From: an uncultured bacterium
GTDB lineage: Bacteria; Omnitrophota; Omnitrophia; Omnitrophales; Aquincolibacteriaceae
Reading direction: 5' to 3'
DNA length: 64,000 nt
Assembly: GCA_964482725.1 (NCBI GenBank)
Contig: CAYZYT010000001.1
Span: forward strand, 270,912 to 334,911
The notes under the pieces: generated by a model
Databases searched by the model: none
What the model saw: the letters and a program-made list of their open reading frames with translations, nothing else
What the model was told of the DNA's origin: nothing
Shown: positions 29,565 to 38,277 of the stretch, in pieces
Layout of the letters: each line of letters opens with the position of its first letter
Numbering within the stretch: position 1 is the first letter of the stretch
Translations under genes and position numbers: made by a program

Positions 29565-30050
29565 TTATTTTTCATAGACCGCGCAGCTGTCCTGATTCTC
29601 CCAAAGCGTGACCTTGGAGACCGGAAGTTTCATGCGACGGGCTTCACAAAAGATCCACCGGGCGAGCATCTCGGCAGTCGGATTCTCTTCCACGAGCACC
29701 ACGGGTTCTCCGGCTTTCTTAAGAAGCTTCGCGAGGGGGTCTTTACTCCAGAGGATCATTTTATGATCAAGATGACAGTCGATCCATTCGCCGATCGTCC
29801 GCTTGATGTCAAAAAAATCCACAACCATCCCCTTGGGGTTGAGCTTGGGACTCGCCATTTCGATCTCCACGCGCGCGCTGTGGCCGTGAAGATGTGAACA
29901 CTTGTGCTGGCCACTCTCTTCTTCCAGCTGAAGGTTGCCAGCACTAGTCCCATTAGCCTTTAAATCTTTTGATGGAGAATGGGGCTTGTCATGCCCCCCC
30001 AGAAGCCGGTGCCCATAATTGAAATAGATCATTTTTGCGACTTTGAACAT
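29565..30050 (-). CDS. queD: 6-carboxytetrahydropterin synthase with a ~28-aa in-frame insertion
   Basis: GHRL, C..LHGH, GMVVDF, LDH, NPTAE, WE motifs. Confidence 0.9.
   Translation of the reverse strand: MFKVAKMIYFNYGHRLLGGHDKPHSPSKDLKANGTSAGNLQLEEESGQHKCSHLHGHSARVEIEMASPKLNPKGMVVDFFDIKRTIGEWIDCHLDHKMILWSKDPLAKLLKKAGEPVVLVEENPTAEMLARWIFCEARRMKLPVSKVTLWENQDSCAVYEK
29901..29990 (-). repeat. Two-hairpin dispersed element, copy B (in frame in queD)
   Basis: 64/90 nt identical, ungapped, to 42432-42521 by manual count. Confidence 0.88.
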
Positions 30051-30214
30051 AGGAACCCTCTAAAATGGTCTCTGCCGTGACAATGAGGAACATTATGGCT
30101 GATTTTCTCTTCCAAGTAAACCTTTGCACGGAAGGCCTTTGCCATTGCGGGGGTATCGTATAGAATGGCGGCGCTTTCAACGCATACTTTCTCATTCTCA
30201 AAAAAGGATTTTAT

Positions 30215-30787
30215 ATGTCCGAGATCTCGGCCAATGAACTGGAAAAGAAACTTTATATCAATGTGGACGGGCAGCCGTATTTCGTGCTCGACGTTAAATT
30301 TGCGGCGCCAACCGCACGGGGAGCTTCGACCATGGTCAAGGCCAGGGTCCGCAATCTCTTGAACGGCGCGGTGCAAGACAAGACTTTCAAGACCAGTGAA
30401 AAATTCCAGGTTCCGGATGTAGAAAAAGTTCCGGCGGTCTTTCAATACATCACCGGATCCGAATACCACTTCATGGATAACGTAGCTTACGAGGAATTTT
30501 CGCTCACTGCGGAAAAACTTGGGGAACAGAAACTCTATCTGAAAGAAAATCAGGAGCTCCTGGCCCTGAAACTGAACGGCGCCGTGGTCTCCCTGGAACT
30601 TCCGGTGTATGTCGAACTCGCCATCGCGGAAACAGACCCCGTCGTTAAGGGGATCTCCGCCTCGGGGCGGTCTCTAAAAAAAGCGAAGCTCGAAACGGGA
30701 TTGGAAGTCCTGGCCCCCCTCTACGCGGAAACAGGCACTATCTTGCGCGTCAATACCGAGACCGGAGAAGTTTCCGGACGCGCTTAA
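30215..30787 (+). CDS. efp: Elongation factor P family protein, EfpL/YeiP-type loop
   Basis: PTARG tip, YHFMD..YE, LETG; EF-P length. Confidence 0.88.
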   Translation: MSEISANELEKKLYINVDGQPYFVLDVKFAAPTARGASTMVKARVRNLLNGAVQDKTFKTSEKFQVPDVEKVPAVFQYITGSEYHFMDNVAYEEFSLTAEKLGEQKLYLKENQELLALKLNGAVVSLELPVYVELAIAETDPVVKGISASGRSLKKAKLETGLEVLAPLYAETGTILRVNTETGEVSGRA

Positions 30788-30790
30788 AAG

Positions 30791-31084
30791 TCAGACTTCG
30801 ACGCCCATTCCGGCATCGACGGGCGCATCATCCATCGGCATGTTTTCAGGCGCTCTTTCACCGGGCATATTTTCCGAATCTCCCTCAAAGGCCGAAGGAT
30901 CTGACTCACCGGTATCCTCCTGTGTGAACACCTCTTCGACAGCGCCTGAGGAAACCGCATTCGGAGCGCTGGCCCGTCCCTCTTCGCTGATAATGGAATC
31001 ATCGCCTTCGGCATAGAGCGCCGGCACTCCCGTCAAAGCAACGAGAAAAAGAAACACCAACCCAACGATCATTTTTTCTTTCAC
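30791..31084 (-). CDS. Small secreted acidic hypothetical protein
   Basis: AGGAGG RBS, GTG start, signal peptide ending LYA. Confidence 0.65.
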   Translation of the reverse strand: MKEKMIVGLVFLFLVALTGVPALYAEGDDSIISEEGRASAPNAVSSGAVEEVFTQEDTGESDPSAFEGDSENMPGERAPENMPMDDAPVDAGMGVEV

Positions 31085-31120
31085 ATTTCCTCCTTTGTAA
31101 TAAACCTTCGCCGTCTTTTC

Positions 31121-31186
31121 GTCATTCCCGCGAAAGCGGGAATCCAGAAAGAGTCTGGATCTCCGACAGAAACATCCGGGGATGAC
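31121..31186. repeat. GTCATTCCCGCGAAAGCGGGAATCC...GGGGATGAC REP-like palindrome
   Basis: Same family as the copies at 16812 and 50790. Confidence 0.8.
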
Positions 31187-31198
31187 ATAAAATCATGG

Positions 31199-31744
31199 CT
31201 AGGGATACTTGTTGAATGAACTGATCTCGGTTAAAACTTTCCTCGTTTTCGGAACGATCTTCTCTTCAGCGGGATAACCGAGGGAGATCACAATATCGAT
31301 CTTTTTGTTTCCGGAGATCCGGAGTTCCTCCTTCAAAGCTTTTTCATCGAACCACCCCATCCAACAGCTTCCGATCCCGAGTTCCTGCGCCTGCAGGATC
31401 AAATGCTCGCATGCGATCCCGACATCCATCAGGGCATACTGCGTGCCCCGCACCTGACTTCCGACCGCGGCGAGAAATTTCATTTTTTCAGAAACCACCG
31501 CCACAAGCACGGGAGCCTCTTTCGCGAATTCGTTCATCGAATAAAGCCCGGAAAAGATCCGCGCCGCCACACGCTTTCTGAGCTCCGGTTCATCGATCAC
31601 GATGTAATGCCATGGCTGGGAATTGCACGCTGAGGGCGCAATCCGCGCCGCTTCGAGACACTTGAGAAGATCTTCTTTAGCGACCGGGCGGTCAGAATAC
31701 TTGCGAACACTTCTGCGTTTTTGGATCAGCTCTGAAAAATTCAT
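31199..31744 (-). CDS. Nitroreductase family protein
   Basis: RRSVRKY, APSACNSQPW, LGIGSCW, LGYP. Confidence 0.92.
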   Translation of the reverse strand: MNFSELIQKRRSVRKYSDRPVAKEDLLKCLEAARIAPSACNSQPWHYIVIDEPELRKRVAARIFSGLYSMNEFAKEAPVLVAVVSEKMKFLAAVGSQVRGTQYALMDVGIACEHLILQAQELGIGSCWMGWFDEKALKEELRISGNKKIDIVISLGYPAEEKIVPKTRKVLTEISSFNKYP

Positions 31745-31751
31745 TAGGAGA

Positions 31752-32924
31752 TCATCCGGAAATGTCGATGAGCCGCTGGATCACTTCTTCGACCAGGCGA
31801 TTCGGGGTAGAAGCCCCGGCGGTAATCCCCACTTTGATCTCTCCCGACGAAAGCCAGTCCGAAGTCTCGATCGCTTCCTGGGCGCCGATCTTTTTATGCC
31901 GGATCTTCCCGCCGGAAAGGATCGAAGACGCGTCTTCCACGTGATAGGCCGGACAGAATTCCGAAGCGATCTCCGCCAAATGACCGGTGTTGCTCGATTT
32001 GTAACCCCCGATCACGAGAATGACATCCATTTTTTTCTCCCCCAGTTCGCGGATCGCGTCCTGCCGGTCCTGCGTCGCCGAACAGATCGTGTCAAAATGA
32101 CGGAAACGAGCCGGAAGTTCGGCGTCGCTATAACGCGCCCGGAGAGCCTCGCGAAGCATTTCTGAGATCTCGATCGATTCGCGTGACAACATGGTCGTCT
32201 GGTTCGCGAACCCGATCTTTCCAAGATCCTTGTCCGGATCAAAACCCTCCGAACAAGCATTTTTAAAAGTTGAGAGGAACGAGTCCCTCGGAATAAGCCC
32301 CTTGATATACCCGCAAACCTGCCCGGCCTGCGCTTGATCTTTGACCACCAGATACTTCGCGGCCCGCGAGCAGGTGGCCCGCGTCTCCTCGTGATCGTAT
32401 TTGCCGTGGATCACCGACGTGAACCCATCCTGGCTGTAGGATTCCACGCGACGCCAGACACTCATCACAGACCCGCAGGTCGTGTCCACGATCACACAGC
32501 GTTTCTTCTGAAATTCCTTCTGCGCTTCGACCGGCACCCCGAACGCAGGCATGATCACCACATCTTTCTCGGTGATCTCGGAACGCGAAGCATTGTCGGT
32601 GAGGATCTTCACTCCCATCCCCTGAAGTTCCGCGTTCACTCGAGGATTGTGAATGATCTCATTGGTCAGATAGATACGCCGGTCCGGGAAACGGGCACGC
32701 GTCTCGTAGGCATATTCCACCGCGCGCTCGACGCCGTAACAAAAACCGAATTCCTTCGCGAGATGGATCTCGAGACGGCCCGCTTTCAGAGAAAATCCGG
32801 CCGCGCGCACTTTATCGATGAGAGGACTGTGGTAGCTTTGATCGAGCTGATGCTGAACGATCCCTTTGAGCCCGAAACTTGTACGAAAGGTTTTTCCAGT
32901 TTCGGTCATGGGAAGGCCTGTCAA
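31752..32924 (-). CDS. ispH: 4-hydroxy-3-methylbut-2-enyl diphosphate reductase
   Basis: GFCYGV, IIHN, DTTC, HEE, QTT, TICSATQDRQ, SSNT, AGASTP. Confidence 0.95.
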   Translation of the reverse strand: MTGLPMTETGKTFRTSFGLKGIVQHQLDQSYHSPLIDKVRAAGFSLKAGRLEIHLAKEFGFCYGVERAVEYAYETRARFPDRRIYLTNEIIHNPRVNAELQGMGVKILTDNASRSEITEKDVVIMPAFGVPVEAQKEFQKKRCVIVDTTCGSVMSVWRRVESYSQDGFTSVIHGKYDHEETRATCSRAAKYLVVKDQAQAGQVCGYIKGLIPRDSFLSTFKNACSEGFDPDKDLGKIGFANQTTMLSRESIEISEMLREALRARYSDAELPARFRHFDTICSATQDRQDAIRELGEKKMDVILVIGGYKSSNTGHLAEIASEFCPAYHVEDASSILSGGKIRHKKIGAQEAIETSDWLSSGEIKVGITAGASTPNRLVEEVIQRLIDISG

Positions 32925-33922
32925 GAGGAAGTGATCTTGCGGACCGTCACGCCGGCCTGCTCTAAGAGTTTAAGAGCGATCTCCAGGAACGGATAATTCC
33001 CCTGGAAGACGACTTCGCCGATTCCGGAATTGATGATCATCTTCGTGCACATAAGACAGGGAGAGAAAGTCGTGTAAAGCGTGGCACCTTTAACGCTTAC
33101 ACCATGGTAGGCCGCTTGCACGATCGCATTCTCTTCGCCGTGCGAGCAAAGACATTCTCCGAGATCTTTCCCGGAAGCATCGATCGCACTGCAGCGAGGA
33201 CAACCGCCGTCGCTACAGTTCTTGATCCCCCGGGGCGTTCCGTTGTAACCCGTCGAAATGATACGCTTGTCCTTCACGATCACGGCGGCGATCTTCCGTT
33301 TCATGCAGTTGGCGCGCAAGGCCACGACCTTGGCGATATTCATGAAATATTCATCCCATCCCGGCCGCGGGGCTTTTTGCGCGAGTTCGAGAAAGAGAGC
33401 CTTCACCTTCTCATGCATTTCCTTCAGAGGCCCGTTGTTGTCCACCCGCAGATCCGCCAGGGCGATCGCCTGATCAAGTTGTTGGTCCGTCTTGCTTTCG
33501 CTTTTTGCTTCCTTGGCCTCCAACGCCTGAAAATCCTCCCACACCCGGGGATCATTTTCCCGGCCGCGCTGCTTCAGACGTTCGAAACGGAGCCGTTCCG
33601 GAGCCTGAATGCGAACGAGGGTGAAATCATTGCGACGACGGAAGACCTGAACTTCGGACGGATGACGGATGGAATCGATCACATAATTCTTTTCCGGGTC
33701 CAGCTTGGCGAAGATCCGTTCGGCAAGACAGCCCGGCCCTTCTTTTTCGCGCAGTTCATTGCCAAGAGCGACCAAGACATCCCGGGCGATCTCCTGCCCG
33801 CGTTTCTTGGCCTCCTCCCGGAGCGCATCGGAAAGCGAATAATAATGGAAGCCCCGTTCTTTCAGAAAATTCGCCGCTTCCCCTTTACCCGATCCGTTCT
33901 TGCCCGTCAGTCCGATGATCAT
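32921..33922 (-). CDS. P-loop nucleotide-kinase-like domain fused to dCMP deaminase
   Basis: GLTGKNGSGK; WDEYFM, TGYNG, HGEENA, PCLMC; ATGA overlap with the upstream stop. Confidence 0.88.
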   Translation of the reverse strand: MIIGLTGKNGSGKGEAANFLKERGFHYYSLSDALREEAKKRGQEIARDVLVALGNELREKEGPGCLAERIFAKLDPEKNYVIDSIRHPSEVQVFRRRNDFTLVRIQAPERLRFERLKQRGRENDPRVWEDFQALEAKEAKSESKTDQQLDQAIALADLRVDNNGPLKEMHEKVKALFLELAQKAPRPGWDEYFMNIAKVVALRANCMKRKIAAVIVKDKRIISTGYNGTPRGIKNCSDGGCPRCSAIDASGKDLGECLCSHGEENAIVQAAYHGVSVKGATLYTTFSPCLMCTKMIINSGIGEVVFQGNYPFLEIALKLLEQAGVTVRKITSS

Positions 33923-34548
33923 AAGATTCCTTTTGAGGGGTGGCTCCAAAAATCAGGTGCGTAGAAACGCTGATCGTCCGCGTGCCGCTCCACCAAGATA
34001 AGGTAACAAGCATTCTTGCCGTCTTTCACCTCAGGCAAGGCAGCGATTTCGCGAAGTGTTTCCCCGTGTTTCCCGGCCGGAGGTCTTAAAAAACCCACCG
34101 ACTGTTTCTCCATACGGAAAGAGGCCTCTTCAATATCCTCCACCCGAAGAGCCATGGCATAAGGCTTTTTGTCCCCGAAATACGCGACCCAATCCAGCCC
34201 GGCCTTTTCATGAGGATGCTCAACGAGGATCGACGGGGAGCCTCCTCGGCGCAAAACCTCCACCCCATGCCCTTTATGCTCAAGGACTTTGGCTCCGAGA
34301 TCTCTTTCATAGCCCATCTCAAGGAATTCATTCGCCCTTTCCTTCAAGTGAACCGTACGGAAAATAAAATGGTCCAGGACGGGGCGAAGGCCGATCCCCA
34401 CGAGCGACAAGCCGCGCGTCACGACACGGGCCGCGGCATTTTCAGCGGCAAGATCAGCCGCGTACTTCTTTAAGACCTGTTCCAGAATGGCGGGGTCCTT
34501 GCAACCTGAAACGGATGGCATCTTATATTCCTTATCGGTCAAAGACAA
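33919..34548 (-). CDS. VOC/glyoxalase-like hypothetical protein
   Basis: LDHFIFRT, ALRVEDIE, LILVER patterns. Confidence 0.6.
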   Translation of the reverse strand: MSLTDKEYKMPSVSGCKDPAILEQVLKKYAADLAAENAAARVVTRGLSLVGIGLRPVLDHFIFRTVHLKERANEFLEMGYERDLGAKVLEHKGHGVEVLRRGGSPSILVEHPHEKAGLDWVAYFGDKKPYAMALRVEDIEEASFRMEKQSVGFLRPPAGKHGETLREIAALPEVKDGKNACYLILVERHADDQRFYAPDFWSHPSKGIL

Positions 34549-34607
34549 AGTTTGCCTGCCCCGGCGGGCGGAGCAGGCAAGCTAAAGAAAACTTCAAACC
34601 CAAGCTC

Positions 34608-34919
34608 TTATTTCAGTATGTTCCCGGATTTCTTCGGAGCTTCATCCTTCGAACGAGGCGTCGCTTTGGGGTTCGCCTTAAATTGAGGCGCCAGATCCGC
34701 ATTGATCTTGGCATAGGTCGGATCCATATCTTCGGATTCGACGATCGAGCCTACCGGACATTCCGCCGCGCAGGCGCCACAGGAAATGCAGGTCGCCGGA
34801 TCGATCACCATGAAATCTTTGCCTTGATACGTTCCGGGATAAATCGCTTCGGTGGGGCATACCCCGGCGCAGAGACCGTAGCGTTCGCCGTGACATTTCT
34901 CAGTAATAACATAAGCCAT
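34608..34919 (-). CDS. Dicluster-type ferredoxin
   Basis: AYVITEKC...CAGVCP...CISCGACAAECP. Confidence 0.9.
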   Translation of the reverse strand: MAYVITEKCHGERYGLCAGVCPTEAIYPGTYQGKDFMVIDPATCISCGACAAECPVGSIVESEDMDPTYAKINADLAPQFKANPKATPRSKDEAPKKSGNILK

Positions 34920-34964
34920 TTTATAATTCTCCTTGATGGGTGCTGGTTTTGAAAGAGCCGTATT

Positions 34965-35867
34965 TTAACCGCTGCTTCCCCCATCGTCAATGCTTTCAAA
35001 CCCGCAGTGCAACCTCGCAAGCGACAGCTTCATGACCTCAAGGCGGGCGATCCTGTCTTCCATGGAAGGATGCGTGCTGAAAAGAGAGCACCCGCCCTTG
35101 CCCGAAAGTGGATTTACGATAAAAAGATGGGCCGTTGCGGGATCGGCATCACGAAGCGGCAGTCGCTGAGAGGCGATATCGATCTTTCGAAGCGCGCTGG
35201 CCAGATAAAGAGGTTCCTCGCATAGCTCGGCGCCACGCCGATCGGCGGCATATTCTCTTGCGCGGGAGATCGCGAGTTGAATCAGGAGCGCAGCAAGCGG
35301 CATCAGGATCGAGGCCAGGACCCAAGCCAACGGATGTGTGCTATCACGCTCGTCACGCTCCCCTCCCCAGAAAAATGACCAACGAGCCATGGAAGCAACA
35401 CGGCTGAGCGCCCCGGCCAGGGTCGCAACGATTGAGGCCAGCAGAACATCTCGATTCAGAATATGCGAAAGCTCGTGCCCGAGCACGCCGGAGAGCTCTT
35501 CTCTATTAAGAAGCCCGACGATCCCGTGCGTGATCGCGATCGCCGCGTGTTGGGGATCGCGACCCGTAGCAAAGGCGTTCGCCGAAGCCGAGGGAAGCAT
35601 ATAAAGCCTCGGCGCCGGGATCCCCGCTTTTGCCGAAAGGTTTCTTACTAATTCAAAAACTTCGGGGGCTTCCGCTTCAGCCAGGGATTGAGCCCGGTAC
35701 ATCGCAAGCACAATCTTGTCACTGAACCAGTAAGATCCTAAATTAATCAGGCCGGCAAACACGCATGCCGCCATCATTCCCTGCCGCCCACCCAACGCGT
35801 GACCGCACAAAACCACAAACAACGAGAGGAGCGTCAGCAGGATCGCGGTTTTGAGAGCATTCCTCAT
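34965..35867 (-). CDS. htpX: Zinc metalloprotease HtpX
   Basis: NAFATG, HELSH, SRAREYAAD, FSTHP. Confidence 0.93.
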   Translation of the reverse strand: MRNALKTAILLTLLSLFVVLCGHALGGRQGMMAACVFAGLINLGSYWFSDKIVLAMYRAQSLAEAEAPEVFELVRNLSAKAGIPAPRLYMLPSASANAFATGRDPQHAAIAITHGIVGLLNREELSGVLGHELSHILNRDVLLASIVATLAGALSRVASMARWSFFWGGERDERDSTHPLAWVLASILMPLAALLIQLAISRAREYAADRRGAELCEEPLYLASALRKIDIASQRLPLRDADPATAHLFIVNPLSGKGGCSLFSTHPSMEDRIARLEVMKLSLARLHCGFESIDDGGSSG

Positions 35868-35868
35868 T

Positions 35869-36864
35869 TTACGAAGAAGGCAGAGAATGAAGCCTTTGCT
35901 TCAAAAGTTTTTGATCGATCAGTTGGGTCTTGTAGGTTGCAACCTTAATGGGAGACGCCGCTTTGCTGACGGCAATTCTCACCACCTCGTCATTCTTGGA
36001 TTTGCAGAGGATAATCCCCACCGACGGATTCTCTGGCCCAAGTTTCGCTGTTTCGTCCAAGACCGAAAGGTAAAACTGCATCTTCCCTACATATTTCGGC
36101 CTGAATCCTCCGATTTTCAATTCAACCGCTACGAAACACCGCAAAAGACGGTGAAAAAACAAAAGATCCACGAAGTAATCTTCGCCGCCAGCGGTCAGAC
36201 GGTATTCCTCTCCGGCAAGCGTGAAGTGGCGTCCAAACTCCAAAAAAAAGTCCCTAAGCTTCCTCAAAATCGCTTTCCTCAACTCTTTTTCACCAAAAGG
36301 ATCCTTCACATCCAAGAAATCGAGAACGTATTCATCCCGGAAATGCTCCAAAACATCCGGAGGATTTATCTGTCGGGATTTGGTAAGATCCTTTTTCGCA
36401 CAACGGGTCCGTTCAAATAGAGACGAATCTATCTGCCGTTCCAATTCTCGCCGACTCCAACGCTCCCCGGCACAGGTCCTCAGATAAAACTCCTGTTCCT
36501 CCGGTATCCGAGCCTGATGCAGAATAATTAGATTATGAGACCACGGTATTTCTGCAACCAGGGGTTGCAGTTTTGACCGGCCTTCATAAGTTTCATACAA
36601 TTTTTTCATCTCCCAAAGATTTCGGCTTGAGAACCCTTTCATGAAAGGAAAATCCGCTCGAAGATCCCCGGCAAGCATTTCAATAACCCCTTGTCCCCGT
36701 TTGGAAGTCTCGACCCAACCATGAAGTTTTTCACCAATATCCCAATACAAAGCAATAAGCTCCTTATTGACAGCTTTCAGCGCTGCGTATTGCGCCTCCC
36801 GGATCCGCGATTTGATGTCCTTCAGAAGTCCGGCATAGTGTACCGATAGCTTGTGGGTTTTCAT
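35869..36864 (-). CDS. YhcG/DUF1016 PD-(D/E)XK nuclease family protein
   Basis: AVNKELIALYWDIG, GFSSRNL, PWSH, WSRRELERQI, DLLF, VELK, GKMQFY, NPSVGIILC. Confidence 0.9.
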   Translation of the reverse strand: MKTHKLSVHYAGLLKDIKSRIREAQYAALKAVNKELIALYWDIGEKLHGWVETSKRGQGVIEMLAGDLRADFPFMKGFSSRNLWEMKKLYETYEGRSKLQPLVAEIPWSHNLIILHQARIPEEQEFYLRTCAGERWSRRELERQIDSSLFERTRCAKKDLTKSRQINPPDVLEHFRDEYVLDFLDVKDPFGEKELRKAILRKLRDFFLEFGRHFTLAGEEYRLTAGGEDYFVDLLFFHRLLRCFVAVELKIGGFRPKYVGKMQFYLSVLDETAKLGPENPSVGIILCKSKNDEVVRIAVSKAASPIKVATYKTQLIDQKLLKQRLHSLPSS

Positions 36865-37064
36865 GCGAGAACGATAACATAATGTTTATTTAAAAGCAAT
36901 ATAATGCTGCGTTATAATCATTTTTAAAAGACGAGCGCCCTCGTCGTTGATCCGAAGAATCGTTACTGGGGGCTTATCACAAGATCTTCAAAATCGCCCG
37001 AACAATGGTTGGCTGGCATATTACAAGCAGACCCAGGCACGCAGACTAAAGACGGCACACTAAG

Positions 37065-37497
37065 GTAGGGCACGTTTAAACGCGCCCTACGCATTATGAG
37101 CAGATCCAGTCAGAGCATATTGCGGTCCCAATACCTTTCAATTTCAGAGGATCTGAAATTGGGGCCGTCCCAACTACCATTTTGGAAAAGAATAAGAAAG
37201 TTGAGGCGGAGGCAATTCAATATCGGAGTTTGGACCGGCAGTGTTATGGATAACAGCCTAACTAAAAAAATACCCCCATACACAGGGACGGTTCTCGCTA
37301 ACCCGCATCGTGCCAAACACTTACAAGAGAATCGTCCCCTAAGAAAGGAGTGACCTGTCACCGAGGCTTTCGAGATTCCAAATATCAACACACTCCTATT
37401 TTCAGATCTGCGTAGAAGATTACGTCTGGAGCAATGCCTTCAGGGACGGTTCTTGTGTATCCCTAAGCCCTATCACCTGTTAGCAAGAACCGTCCCT
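37065..37497. repeat. Cluster of REP-like palindromes
   Basis: GTAGGGCACG...CGCGCCCTAC (37065-37090); GGGACGGTTCT...AGAAYCGTCCC at about 37284-37338 and 37442-37497. Confidence 0.75.
37121..37210 (+). repeat. Two-hairpin dispersed element, copy C
   Basis: GGTCCCAATACCTTTCAATTTCAGAGGATCTGAAATTGGGGCCGTCCCAACT-N23-AGTTGAGGCGG; same stem register as copy D. Confidence 0.8.
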
Positions 37498-37550
37498 AGG
37501 AGGCTGAAGACAGCCAATTCTTGTTCTGATTCTTAAGATCGTCCGAACAA

Positions 37551-38171
37551 TCAGAAGCGGATGCCGAGTTTGCGAAGATTTTTGAGGAGGGCCGGACGGC
37601 CCTTGAAATGGATGGCGTGCATGCCGACTTTCCGGGCGCCGGCGATGAAGCTTTTCATATCGTCGATAAAAACAGTCTCTTCGGGACGAAAGCCGATCTT
37701 TTTGAGAACGCGCCGGTAGATCTTCAGGTCCGGCTTGCGCGCGCCCACCTCGTGCGACGGAAATCTTCGTTTAAAATGACGCAGGAGTTTGAAATGTTTC
37801 TTGAGATAGGTGAAATGCATGGCGTTCGTGTTTGAGATCAGATAAAGCGGGTAATGCTTTTTGATCTGAGTAAGAAGCCGGTCCATCCCCGGGTTTTCCC
37901 AAAAAATATCGTTCCAATAATGGCGGAACGTCGCAAGCGGCATAGGAACGCCGAGCGTCTTGCAGGCGATCCGATGGAACTCGCGAGTCGAGATCTCCCC
38001 CCGCGTATAAGCCTGCTCGAACTTGGAGAGAAAGAAACGCTTCCAGATCTCCCGCGTGGAAAGGCCGGACACGGCCGAAAAACGCTGGGCGGCTTTCTCG
38101 ACATCATAATTCACAAGCACATTACCGAGGTCGAAAATGACGGCTTTGATCGCAGGAGATTTATATTTCAT
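37551..38171 (-). CDS. HAD-family phosphatase (YihX-like)
   Basis: FDLGNVL, ISNTN, KPD, FIDD. Confidence 0.9.
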   Translation of the reverse strand: MKYKSPAIKAVIFDLGNVLVNYDVEKAAQRFSAVSGLSTREIWKRFFLSKFEQAYTRGEISTREFHRIACKTLGVPMPLATFRHYWNDIFWENPGMDRLLTQIKKHYPLYLISNTNAMHFTYLKKHFKLLRHFKRRFPSHEVGARKPDLKIYRRVLKKIGFRPEETVFIDDMKSFIAGARKVGMHAIHFKGRPALLKNLRKLGIRF

Positions 38172-38214
38172 AGGGCAGTATTCTAACAAAGAAAATCGGC
38201 AATTCTACTTCTTT

Positions 38215-38277
38215 GCGCAACGGGCAACGCTCAACGCACAACGAAAGAGCTTTTACGTTGACCGTTATGCGTTGCGC
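38215..38277. repeat. Inverted heptamer-repeat hairpin (CAACGNN / CGTTNNN)
   Basis: gcgcaac-gggcaac-gctcaac-gcacaac ... cgttgac-cgttatg-cgttgcgc. Confidence 0.75.

Noticed and set aside
37096-37391. Short ORFs in the yhcG-HAD spacer
   Set aside because: Translations of palindromic repeats; no RBS or recognisable motif
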